A stretch of 64,000 nt of DNA, taken from the NCBI GenBank assembly GCA_964629085.1, contig CAZVPR010000002.1, forward strand, positions 20,428-84,427. The letters are read 5' to 3'. The position numbers and the translations under genes are program-made. How positions within the stretch are numbered: the stretch's first letter is position 1; each line of letters begins with the position of its first letter. Under the pieces are notes generated by a model. The model searched no databases, was not told where the DNA came from, and saw only the letters and a list, made by a program, of their open reading frames with translations. The DNA comes from an uncultured Anaerolineales bacterium. GTDB lineage: Bacteria > Chloroflexota > Anaerolineae > Anaerolineales > UBA11858. Of the stretch, positions 42,894 through 52,800 are shown one piece after another.

Positions 42894-44087
42894 ATGCACA
42901 TGTACACCAATAAAGCTTTACGTTACGGCATGTTCGGCTCGTTGTACTTTACCCAGGGCACCATCCTGAGTTATTTCACCGCCCTGAACGCGCTTTATTT
43001 TTTATCGCGCGGCCTGTCGATGACCGATGTGGGCGTCTTCGCCTCCATTGCCCTGATCCCGTTCGTGATTAAGATTTTCCTGGGGATACTCAGCGACAGG
43101 GTCAACCTGTTCGGAATGGGCCATCGCAAGCCTTATATCCTCCTGGGCCTCTTGGTGCAATTTGTGTGTCTGATCCTGGTCGCCTATGTTGATCCCGCTG
43201 AATACTACTGGGGCTTTGTTGGGGTAGCTTTCACCCTCCAGATGGGCATGGCGCTCTATGATACCTGTACGGACGGCCTGGCATTGGACACTACACCCCC
43301 GGAAGAAGAGGGCACCATTCAGGGCTTCATGGTGGGGGGACGGGCTTTGGCTGTGGTGGTGACAGCCTCGGTGGTGGGCCTGCTGGCCGAGTACGTCTCC
43401 TGGACGGCCGTTTTCTGGACCCTGGCAGTGATCACCCTGGTGCCGATTCCCCTGGTACTGGGCATCAAAGAAGATGAACGCACTGCCGGAGAAGAGTTCG
43501 ATTGGTCAGCCTTTGGGGCCTTCAAACAGAAAACCGTAATCTTTCTGGCCTTATTGGGATTCCTGTTCTTCTTCATCATCCAGGGAGCCAATCCGTTGGT
43601 GAACGCTTTCCTGCAAACCGATTTCGGCATCTCCTTGAGCATGGCTGGATATTTCACTACGATTTGGGGAATCGGCGTGGTGCTGGGCGGCGTGTTTGGC
43701 GGAAGGCTGTACGGCCGCATCGGCATGCGCAACGCCACCCTGCTGGCCATGGGTGTGGGTCTGGTTGGCATTTTGTTGTTGGCGTTTATCAGCAGCCCCG
43801 GTATGGCCTGGCCGTTAATAGCACTTTATGGTTTGGCCTACGGCACGCAACAGACGGTCTTCTTTGCCCTGGCAATGAAATACACCGAGAAGCGCATTGC
43901 CGCGTCGATGTTCTCGATCTTGATGGCGGTAACCAACGTGGCCCAGGGTGCGGGCATGGCCATCAGCGGTATCTCTGCCGATGCTGTAGGCTTCCGCTGG
44001 ACGTTTGCCATCCTGGCGTTATTGAATATCCTGGCTTTGCCGCTATTGCCGGTGATTTTTGGAAAGAGAGGCTCTTCGCAAACGTAG
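42894..44087 (+). CDS. MFS transporter
   Basis: 397 aa, 12 predicted TM helices, and the loop 2-3 motif GILSDRVNLFGMGHRKPY. Confidence 0.8.
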   Translation: MHMYTNKALRYGMFGSLYFTQGTILSYFTALNALYFLSRGLSMTDVGVFASIALIPFVIKIFLGILSDRVNLFGMGHRKPYILLGLLVQFVCLILVAYVDPAEYYWGFVGVAFTLQMGMALYDTCTDGLALDTTPPEEEGTIQGFMVGGRALAVVVTASVVGLLAEYVSWTAVFWTLAVITLVPIPLVLGIKEDERTAGEEFDWSAFGAFKQKTVIFLALLGFLFFFIIQGANPLVNAFLQTDFGISLSMAGYFTTIWGIGVVLGGVFGGRLYGRIGMRNATLLAMGVGLVGILLLAFISSPGMAWPLIALYGLAYGTQQTVFFALAMKYTEKRIAASMFSILMAVTNVAQGAGMAISGISADAVGFRWTFAILALLNILALPLLPVIFGKRGSSQT

Positions 44088-44174
44088 GAGTAAACTTACC
44101 GTAAAAACGCCCCGATCGCAAAGAAATATTTTGGGTAGAGGATGATTTGTAAGTGATGATTAAAATGATTATCA

Positions 44175-44287
44175 CCCTGAGATATCCCAAAGGGGGCCTG
44201 TAGGGGAAGGGTCACCATAGGCGCGTCCACCGAAGGTGTGCCTCGCTGCCCATAGGGCCATCTACGATGTGCGCGCCCCTGGCGGGC
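44175..44287. repeat. Dispersed structured repeat family A, copy 3 (inverted, with internal extra segment)
   Basis: The reverse complement reads GCCCGCCAGGGGCGCGCACATCGTAGATGGCCCTATGGGCAGCGAGGCACACCTTCGGTGGACGCGCCTATGG...ATATCTCAGGG, collinear with 6993-7075. Confidence 0.85.
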
Positions 44288-44396
44288 CTCAGCATGACAT
44301 CATCACCTACTTTGTGGCCACTACCAAATTTTTCAGTATTAAATGATTTTTCCTTGGTGTTCTTCGCAACTTCGCGGTGAGAAACAGGATGTTTGC

Positions 44397-44424
44397 TTGA
44401 CTTATGCTCAGCCTTCGGTATAAT
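44397..44424 (+). promoter_or_regulatory. Sigma-70-like promoter of the serS leader
   Basis: TTGACT (44397-44402), 16-nt spacer, TATAAT (44419-44424). Confidence 0.7.
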
Positions 44425-44430
44425 CACCCC

Positions 44431-44765
44431 ACTCAGCACGGAGCCGAGTAATCGTGTAACTTTTCAGAGAGCCGCCGGTCGGTGTGAGGCGGCAGGCCAA
44501 GCGATGAAATCCCCTCCGTCCCGTGGCGCAAGTTTGAGACTGTGTCACGAGCAGTTCCTGCAGGGATAATGATTGTAAAGATGTAGCATGCTACGTCTTT
44601 ACCCAAACAACTATTGTCGTAAGGGAACCGGGTTCGCCCGTTAGCGCGAGTTTGAGTTCGCCCTCACCCCCAGTTCCTCTCCCCGAGGGAGAGGGGGGAA
44701 GAGCGGAGAAAGCAGGTGGCACCACGAGCGCCCCCCTCGTCCTGCATGGAGAGGGGGGTATTTTT
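44431..44765 (+). promoter_or_regulatory. T-box riboswitch leader controlling serS
   Basis: Stem I distal elements: AGAGAG (44466-44471), then the helix GCCGCC/GGCGGC enclosing the loop GGTCGGTGTGA. The T-box core GGTGGCACCACG is at 44715-44726. The terminator has stem CCCCCCTC (44731-44738) / GAGGGGGG (44751-44758) followed by TATTTTT. serS begins at 44842. Confidence 0.7.
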
Positions 44766-44841
44766 GTGCAAAAGGGTGTATTCCCATCACCCTTTTGCCA
44801 CCCCAGTGCATGGCACTGGGGAATAACTAACTTTATCGGAG

Positions 44842-46122
44842 GTGCACATGATAGACATCAATCTTATCCGCGAAAAACCTGACGTCGTCCGGGATGCGCT
44901 CAAAAAGCGCCAGGAAGACCCCGCTCCTGTCGACCAGGTGCTTGAAATGGACGCGCAGCGCCGCGACCTGATTCAAAACGTCGAGGCTCTCAAAGCAGAA
45001 CGTAACACCGTCTCTAAAGAGATCGGCAAGATGAAGGACCCTGACGAGCGGCAGGCCAAAATCGAGGCCATGCGCGCTGTTGGGGATCAGATCAGCAACA
45101 TCGATGAAGAATTGCGTGAGGTACAGGCCTCGCTGGATGCCCTCATGTCCACGCTGCCCAATATCCCCGGCGCGCAGACTCCTTTGGGGGTGGATGAATC
45201 TGAAAACGTAGTCCTGAAAACTTCGGGTGTGAAGCCTGAATTCGATTTCGCGCCCAAGCCTCACTGGGAATTAGGCCCTGCCTTAGGCATCATCGATTTC
45301 GAGCGCGGCGTCAAGATCACCGGCTCACGTTTTTACGTGCTCAGTGGTGCGGGGGCGCGCTTACAGAGAGCGCTGATCGCCTTCATGCTCGATCTGCACA
45401 TCAAGCAGGGTTACACCGAAAAGTACACGCCCTTCATGGTGCGCACCGAGACGGTCTACGGTTCCGGGCAGTTGCCCAAATTCGCCGACAATCTCTACAA
45501 GGACCACGAAGAAGAACTCTACTTCGTTCCCACTGCCGAAGTACCGCTGACCGGATACCACATGGACGAGATTATCGATGAGGAAAACCTACCCCTGTAC
45601 TACACGGCCTATACACCTTGCTTCCGCCGAGAGAAGATGAGCGCCGGTCGAGATGTGCGCGGCATCAAGCGCGGCCACCAGTTCGACAAGGTGGAGATGT
45701 ACATGTTCACCAAGCCCGAAGATTCTCCGGCCGCCTTCGAGAAAATGTTCGCCGACGCCGAAGAGACTGCCGAATTGCTGGGGCTGCCTTACCGCACGCA
45801 CCAGCTTTGCACCGGCGACTTGGGCTTTGGCGCCAGCATTACTTATGACCTGGAAGTTTGGGCCGCGGGCTGCGGTGAGTGGCTGGAAGCCTCCTCAGTT
45901 TCAAATGTGACCGATTTCCAGGCCCGCCGCGCTAACATTCGCTATCGACCTGAAGAAGGCGGCAAACCCCGTTTTCTGCACACGCTCAATGGCTCCGGGT
46001 TGGGGCTGCCGCGCGTGATGATCGCCGTCATCGAGAACTACCAGCAAGCCGATGGCTCAGTGGTTGTCCCCGAAGTGCTACGCCCCTGGATGGGCGACAT
46101 TGAAGTGATCAAGCCGGGTTAA
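44842..46122 (+). CDS. serS: Seryl-tRNA synthetase
   Basis: 426 aa. N-terminal coiled-coil arm and class II motifs ([25 protein letters not shown]). Confidence 0.95.
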   Translation: MHMIDINLIREKPDVVRDALKKRQEDPAPVDQVLEMDAQRRDLIQNVEALKAERNTVSKEIGKMKDPDERQAKIEAMRAVGDQISNIDEELREVQASLDALMSTLPNIPGAQTPLGVDESENVVLKTSGVKPEFDFAPKPHWELGPALGIIDFERGVKITGSRFYVLSGAGARLQRALIAFMLDLHIKQGYTEKYTPFMVRTETVYGSGQLPKFADNLYKDHEEELYFVPTAEVPLTGYHMDEIIDEENLPLYYTAYTPCFRREKMSAGRDVRGIKRGHQFDKVEMYMFTKPEDSPAAFEKMFADAEETAELLGLPYRTHQLCTGDLGFGASITYDLEVWAAGCGEWLEASSVSNVTDFQARRANIRYRPEEGGKPRFLHTLNGSGLGLPRVMIAVIENYQQADGSVVVPEVLRPWMGDIEVIKPG

Positions 46123-46160
46123 GCAACCACTGGTGTTAAATACCGTAAATAGAATTAAGA

Positions 46161-46209
46161 TATCAGGTATTCGGAATTGAGTATTACCCTTCATTCCGAA
46201 TACCTGATA
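46161..46209 (+). terminator. Strong hairpin downstream of serS
   Basis: Perfect 17-bp stem TATCAGGTATTCGGAAT (46161-46177) / ATTCCGAATACCTGATA (46193-46209). No U-tract follows, so its role as a terminator is uncertain. Confidence 0.5.
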
Positions 46210-46237
46210 CCCCATACCAGCGAAAAAGGAGCTATAC

Positions 46238-46735
46238 GTGCCTGATTGGTTATCATCAACAGTCAATGTTCTTCTTGTAATCACGGTGATCGTGGGCCAG
46301 CTTGGCCTGGTGATCCCCATATTTCCCGGTAACATCATCATCTGGGTGGCGACACTAATTTACGGTATTGTGTATGGTTTTGGTCAATTGGGAGCCATCC
46401 TCTTTGCAGCCATCACCATCCTGACCATCCTGGCTATGACGGCGGACAACATTTTAATGGGCGCAAAAGCCAAAGAAAAAGGCGCGGCCTGGAGTTCGAT
46501 CATCATGGCGTTGGCGTCAGCCGTAGTGTTCACATTTGTTTTCCCGCCGATCGGCGGCATCATCGCCGCACCATTGGTACTCTTCTTGTTAGAGTTCCGC
46601 CGCTTGGGAGATAGTAAACAGGCTACCGAGGTGGTCAAAGCCCTTGCGCTTGGATTGGGACTTTCCTTTGTGGCACGCTTCGTTTTAGGGTTGATCCAAA
46701 TTGGATTGTGGGGGGCTTGGGCGTATTGGGGGTAA
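46238..46735 (+). CDS. DUF456-like small membrane protein
   Basis: 165 aa. GTG start with SD AAGGAG (46226-46231). Four hydrophobic helices and a general resemblance to DUF456. Confidence 0.45.
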   Translation: MPDWLSSTVNVLLVITVIVGQLGLVIPIFPGNIIIWVATLIYGIVYGFGQLGAILFAAITILTILAMTADNILMGAKAKEKGAAWSSIIMALASAVVFTFVFPPIGGIIAAPLVLFLLEFRRLGDSKQATEVVKALALGLGLSFVARFVLGLIQIGLWGAWAYWG

Positions 46736-46802
46736 CGCCTTCGGCGGACTGGGGACCGGAGGCGGAAGACGGAGATACGATCTCCAATCGGTCTTCCGTC
46801 AA

Positions 46803-47384
46803 CTAGGCCGAAGGCCGAAAAAAGGTCATGCCAACACCCATGCGATCGAAGGCTTCTTCGATCCAATGCTGCACAATTGCAGAGCTATTCTCCCAGATTT
46901 CGAACATTACCGGAATTGCACGTGTGTCTGCTATCAGGGCCAGGGCTCGAGCCGCCTCACCCCGGGCACGCTGAGCCCCATTCTTCAAAACTTCCATCAG
47001 GGGGATAACCGCTTGCTCCCCGATAGCAACCAAAGCATCGGCTGCTAAGCGAGAAAGTAAACGATCTCTATCATCGAGAATTTCAATAAGTGTGGTTGTT
47101 GCCTCAGGAGAAGGATTCTCTTTGATGGCCAGAGCGGCGCATTGGCACACGGTCAGGTCATCATCCTGCAAACTCTTTAGGAGCAAAGTTTGCGCTTTGG
47201 GTACGGCGATCCCCGCCAAACTGCGCGTCGCCCACCAACGTTGATCTGCATCTGACGAGGATAACAATTCTTCCAGCGCAGGTAGAGCATCTTTCCCAAA
47301 CCTGACCAATTCAAGCGCGGCGGCTTCAGCCCGCTCATCGTCCCCGGATATAAGGTTGGAGATTTGAGATTGGATGTTGATCAT
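46803..47384 (-). CDS. HEAT-repeat (PBS-lyase-like) protein
   Basis: 193 aa. Repeated DxxVRxxAAxALGxIG-like units (ERAEAAALELVRFG, QRWWATRSLAGI, VCQCAALAI, SRLAADALVAIG, RARGEAARALALI). Confidence 0.7.
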   Translation of the reverse strand: MINIQSQISNLISGDDERAEAAALELVRFGKDALPALEELLSSSDADQRWWATRSLAGIAVPKAQTLLLKSLQDDDLTVCQCAALAIKENPSPEATTTLIEILDDRDRLLSRLAADALVAIGEQAVIPLMEVLKNGAQRARGEAARALALIADTRAIPVMFEIWENSSAIVQHWIEEAFDRMGVGMTFFRPSA

Positions 47385-47429
47385 TCAGAGAGAGGTCCGA
47401 CTTTTCTAAAAAGTCGGACTTCTATTCGA

Positions 47430-47648
47430 TTATTTTTCAGGCGGCGGAATGGGCAATTCTTCTTTAGCCGTTTCAATCCACCTGTCGCCCTCGTCGATCA
47501 ACATAACTGGAATATCTTCACGGATGGGATACTTGCGCCCACAATCCTGGCAGATGAACCAGGTTTCTTTGTAATATTCCAGCAAGCCTTCCGTATCCCG
47601 CACACAGGCTGGACAACGCAGAATTTCGATTAGCTCTTTACTGACCAT
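47430..47648 (-). CDS. Trm112-family small zinc-ribbon-like protein
   Basis: 72 aa. LIEILRCPAC...FICQDCGRKYPIREDIPVMLIDE is the Trm112/UPF0434 pattern. Confidence 0.8.
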   Translation of the reverse strand: MVSKELIEILRCPACVRDTEGLLEYYKETWFICQDCGRKYPIREDIPVMLIDEGDRWIETAKEELPIPPPEK

Positions 47649-47850
47649 TGGTTTCTCCTCGTTGATTCTAATAAAAGAAGTTTATAACATATCACCGCGG
47701 AGACGCCAAGTTCACAGAGAAAAAATTAACCGAGAGCATCCAATGAGACAGGCATTCCTATTTTAAATCTCTGCGCTCTCTGTGTCTGGCCCGTCGTAGG
47801 CGCGCAAAGCAGCGAGGCCCACCTACGGCGTGCGGAAATTTTTTTAATGT

Positions 47851-48477
47851 TTAAACATCCTCAAAACGGATATTGATGTTGGTGGTGCCGTTTCCAAGGT
47901 CAACGCCCTGAACAACAACCGCTTTGCCATTCTCGTGTCCATCGAAAACCATACTGAAGGTGGTCTCGGTGATGGCGGTATTGAGCGTGCGCTCGGTCAG
48001 AGCCATGTCACCCAATGCACCCCGATAAAACTCAATGGCCTCTTCGACAGTCAGGCTGGTAGCAAAATTGACCTGGTCGCCGCCACCCGTAAAGTTCTGG
48101 ACATCATCGGGTAGAGGGAATTCTGTGTCGTATTCCTGGGCCTCAGCTTCGTCTGCAGGTGCCTCAGCAGCCTCATCAGTAGCTTCAGCTTCACCCGATG
48201 AATCTTCTTCGGCAGCTTCCGCAGGCGCTTCCGATTCTTCTGCATCAGTACCTTCAGCATCAGCAGCAGCTTCGGCTTCGGTTTCCTCTGCCTCCTCACC
48301 GTCGGCATCCTCACCGTCGGCATCCTCCGCAGGCTCTTCAGCCTCTTCGGCTTGGGCTGGTTCTTCGGCCGGGGCCTCAGGCTCGGGCTCATTGCTTGAT
48401 CCACCTACAACGGAGCAAGCCAAGCTCACAATCAGAAGAGTTACTACTATCAAAAGTAATGATTGTTTCGATTTCAT
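47851..48477 (-). CDS. Exported protein with a long acidic low-complexity region
   Basis: ATG 48477 is preferred (AAGGA 8 nt upstream). Signal peptide ending SLAC. An E/A/D-rich tract of about 90 aa is followed by a ~90-aa globular C-terminus. Confidence 0.55.
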   Translation of the reverse strand: MKSKQSLLLIVVTLLIVSLACSVVGGSSNEPEPEAPAEEPAQAEEAEEPAEDADGEDADGEEAEETEAEAAADAEGTDAEESEAPAEAAEEDSSGEAEATDEAAEAPADEAEAQEYDTEFPLPDDVQNFTGGGDQVNFATSLTVEEAIEFYRGALGDMALTERTLNTAITETTFSMVFDGHENGKAVVVQGVDLGNGTTNINIRFEDV

Positions 48478-48516
48478 GTTTTTTTCCTTTGGCATATACG
48501 AATAAAGAAATCCTGG

Positions 48517-49356
48517 TCAGCGGCAGGCTTCTCGCCAGGCATCCAAATCCCAATTCTTCTTGAGAAAATCAAAATTGAGATCATTGGCCCGAGGACAGAA
48601 ATCGCTGCGCTCGAGTTCGTATTCTACCCCAAAAACTGCTTTTCCGAATTGCACAAACGGTAAAAGAAGATCACATTCGTCATAATAAAAGCATTCTTCA
48701 TTGAGCGCCCAATCGAAATAGGGCAGCAAGTCTTCGATCTGATCGAGATCATTCTTCAGACCTATGGAAAGGCCGCGGCTATGAGCGCTTTCAGCAAGCC
48801 AGATATTGAATTCGAGTTGATCCTGATAGCTGAGGAGAAAACCACTCTCATTGGCAAATCCATCGACATTATCCGGCTCAACACCATCACAACCCAGTTC
48901 CACCGCCAAATCCAGGCGCGCCTCTAATAAAGGCGCCAGAGCTTCAATCTGACGGATATCCAACCAGCTTTCATCTGGCCATTCATCGAGGGGTTTACCA
49001 ATGACGGCTTTCGGGAAATTTGCAGCATCATCCCGCCAATTTTCCCAACTTCCAGCGCTGAAATAACAGATCACAATTCGGCCCTCTTCGTGTAACGCTT
49101 GGACTACATCTTCAGGAACCAGATATAGATCGACATCATACATCTGCACATCGAATGATGTATCGATCTCCCCGGTCAACTGCCACTGCCAGGTTGTTCC
49201 CGGAGCTGGCTGCCACCAGACTGCCTCCACGGATACACCTGGGACATCTGGATCGGGGTCGGCGCGGGGGGGCATTGCTATCATCCACGAGTTTGCCTGA
49301 GTTATTCCTAAAATTAGCACTTGCATTACCGATAACAACAATTTTCTCTTCATCAA
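48517..49356 (-). CDS. Glycoside hydrolase family 114-like (endo-alpha-1,4-polygalactosaminidase-type TIM barrel)
   Basis: 279 aa. TWQWQLTG, VICYFSAGSWENWRDD, WLDIR and GCDGVEPDNVD blocks, as in GH114/PelA-hydrolase-type enzymes. Confidence 0.65.
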   Translation of the reverse strand: MMKRKLLLSVMQVLILGITQANSWMIAMPPRADPDPDVPGVSVEAVWWQPAPGTTWQWQLTGEIDTSFDVQMYDVDLYLVPEDVVQALHEEGRIVICYFSAGSWENWRDDAANFPKAVIGKPLDEWPDESWLDIRQIEALAPLLEARLDLAVELGCDGVEPDNVDGFANESGFLLSYQDQLEFNIWLAESAHSRGLSIGLKNDLDQIEDLLPYFDWALNEECFYYDECDLLLPFVQFGKAVFGVEYELERSDFCPRANDLNFDFLKKNWDLDAWREACR

Positions 49357-49809
49357 ATATTCCTTTGCTTTGCTTTTTGTTGCCCCTGATCAGTGATAAC
49401 TGTTACAACAACCAATCCAAAACAACTCATCGGACACTTTTATTCGGCGATTCTCTACCGTACATGTGTGACCTAAAAAAGATCATGTAGCCTGATTCAT
49501 ACAAAAAATGCACCACAGATGAATAGGATGAACACAGATAATTTACTTTTTTCCCGCCCATGACGTTCTTGTCATCCGTGGCAATTTTCTAGATCTACGG
49601 TTGAAAATTTCATTGGGTACGAATTTTGCAAGTTATACGAATTCAGAATATATTTTCTCAACAAAAAATATTCGTGACATTTGTGAAATTCGATTTCATT
49701 CATGATCACCTCAGCTTGATCGGTTGTCAATTCAAAATCGGAAAATTAAAAGCAGCTTCCTTTTCGATCCTTCCCCCATTCGCTCTACGTGACTATAGAT
49801 GGCCCCTTT

Positions 49810-52800
49810 TTATTGAAAGGTTATCGGCTCAATACGTACATTTTCGGGGCCGACCAGGGATTGCAGTTCGGCCACCAGTTCAGGATTTAGATAAGTGGTG
49901 TAGTTGGGGAAATCGAGCAGGAAGCCGCGGCCATATTCAAAAATATGGAAGGCAAAGCGATCCTGTCCCGGCGAACTGATCAAACTGCCGAAGACACGCC
50001 GGAGCAGAAGGTTATCCCTCACCCGGCCTAATTTGGGCCGCAAGATGATGGTGGCCATTTGAACATCACCGCTGGTCTCGCGGGACGGCAATACAGGCGC
50101 AGTTGGAGGGATCGATTCTGGTTCAATACCGTCATTATCCACAACTGGATCCACCGGCACCGGCTTGACTTCGGACTCTTGAATCTGGTGAGCAGCATGA
50201 AAATCCTCTGCCAGAGAGAGAGCTTCTTCTAACAGTGACTTTTCGCCCTCGAGTTCAGGCTCTGGTTGTTCGCCTTCGGGTTCAAGTTCCGGATGCAGTT
50301 CTTGATGTTGTTCTTCAGGTTCTGCTTCCTTTGCCGCGATGGGTTCAGGTTCTTCGATACCATTGACGTCGTTCCAGCCATCGGGAAAGGCTTCGGGGGG
50401 GGGTGGGAAGCCATCATCCTGCCAGTCATCCGATTCCGCGTCCACGTCCGTGTCGGCCTCGTAAACAGGTTTTTCATCGGCAACTTTGGGTTGCGGTTGT
50501 GATACAGACGTGGGTTTGGGCTTTGACGCCACGGGTTGCGCCATTTCCTCAAAGAAAGGTTCTTCGAAACTGGCAGCTGGAGGCGATGTCGGCTTTAAAG
50601 GCGTGATATGGTTCATTTCAGTCGTGACTTTATCAACCAGGATTTTGGGCTCGCCGCGCGAGGCATCCACTTTGCCATCGACCAGCACGATCTTGTCGAA
50701 ATCAATCACTTCCTGATACTTGCTCCAGGTGCGGGGGAAAACCACCAGATCAATATTTCCCTGCATATCTTCGAGGGTGACAAAAGCCATCGGCTGGCCT
50801 TTTTTGGTGGTGTGTGGACGAATGCGGCTGACAACCCCCGCCACGCGCACAATGTGCCCATCACCGGCTTCGAGCAGTTCCGTTGAGAAATGACTGATAT
50901 TCTGGGTGATGGCATCCATCACTGGGCTCAGAGGATGATCGGACACATACAGGCCAATCAACTCTCGTTCCCAATCGAGTTGTTCACGGCGGGGTATCTC
51001 GCCGACGAATTCTGGCAATTCGATAGTATCCACTAAGCCGGTCTGCGATCCGAACATGGACATCTGCCCGGAGTCAGCAGCGGCGAAATGGGATGAACTC
51101 AATGAAACGATGCGATCAAGCGCATCCAACAAGGCAGGCCGAGTGCCAAAGAAATCCAATGCCCCAACTTTGATCAGGCATTCCAGGGAGCGCTTGCCAA
51201 CCTTGCGCAAATCTGCCCGCCGGACGAATTCATTCAAGTCGCTGAACGGGCCTTCTTGCCGCGCTTCAAGCAGAATCTCCACCGGGCCTTGGCCCACGTT
51301 TTTGACGGCACCCAGGCCAAAACGGATTCTTTGACCGGAAACAGGAGACGGTGGACGGGCCGCCCGGTCTTCGGTCTTCGGTTTCCCGTCCTCTATTGTA
51401 AAATCCCAACCACTAGCGTTAATATCCGGCGGTAATACCTCGATGCCCATACGGCGGCAATCAGCCACATACACGGCCACTTTGTCGGTGTCGCTTAAGA
51501 AGACCGATAACAGGGCGGTCATATATTCAACCGGGTAGTGAGCCTTGAGATGGGCCGTCTGCACGGAGATGACGCCGTAATCGGCGGCGTGTCCCTTGGG
51601 GAAACCATAACGGGCGAAAGCTTCCCAATTGTCGAAGATCTGATCAGCGACATCTTTAGTAACCCCGTTTTCCATTGCCCCAATGACGAAGCGATCGCGT
51701 TGTTTGAGTAGCTCTTTTTCTTTCTTCTTGGCAACCGTCTTGCGCAGGAAATCAGCTTCGGAGGCTGTATATCCAGCCAATTCCATGGCCGAATACATAA
51801 TCTGTTCTTGATAGACCGTGATGCCATACGTTTCTTCGAGGATCGGTTCCAGCTTGGGGTGCAGGTACTCAATCTCCTCCTCACCATGCATGCGCCGGAT
51901 GTAACTAGGGATGAAGTCCATCGGTCCTGGACGGAAGAGCGCTACCATAGCGATAACGTGATCCAGGTTTTGAGGCTTCATCTCCACCAGGTTGCGGCGC
52001 ATACCCGCGCCCTCAACCTGGAAAACACCCGCAGTTTCGCCGCGTCCCAGAAGTTCAAAAGTTTCGGGATCGTCCAATGGGATATTGTCTAGATTAAAAT
52101 CGATCCCGTGCCGTTCTCGGATCAGGTCGCAGGCCTTGGCCATCACCGTCAATGTGGAGAGGCCCAAGAAATCGACTTTGAGCAAGCCCTGCTCGTCGAT
52201 GACCGACATCTCGAACTGGGTGACGGTCTCGATGGGGCTGTCTTGCGCACTGCCCGTGGGACGATGCAGCGGCAGATACTCGACAATTGGTTTGTCGGTG
52301 ACCACGACGCCAGCGGCGTGCGTCCCGGCGTTGCGGGTGACCCCCTCCATGCCTTTGGCGGTATCCACCAGGTCGCGAATATAGTCGGCCGATTTGTAGG
52401 CTTGTTTGAACTCGGGGACTTCTTCCAGCGCCTGGGCAATGGAAACAGGCTTGCCAGGAATGGCCGGGATCAACTTGGCCACTCGGTCCACCTCACTGAG
52501 GGGGATATCCTTGACACGGCCGACATCACGGATGGCGGCGCGCGCTTTCATGGTTCCAAAGGTGATGATCTGCGCAACTTTATCGCTGCCGTAGCGCTGG
52601 GCGCAATACTCCATCAACTCAGCGCGGCGGTCGTCGCGGAAATCCAAATCGATATCGGGCATGGAGACGCGGCTCGGGTTGAGGAAACGCTCGAAGATCA
52701 GGCCGTGCTCGATGGGGTCAACCAGAGTAATCTCCAGGGTGTAGGCCACAATCGATCCGGCGGCAGAACCACGCGCGTTGTAAAGAATATTTTTTTTCTG

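Noticed and set aside
48035-48505. 156-aa Ser/Ala-rich ORF on the + strand
   Set aside because: It is the antisense translation of the acidic E/A/D low-complexity tract of the 47851..48477 gene. It has no start context.
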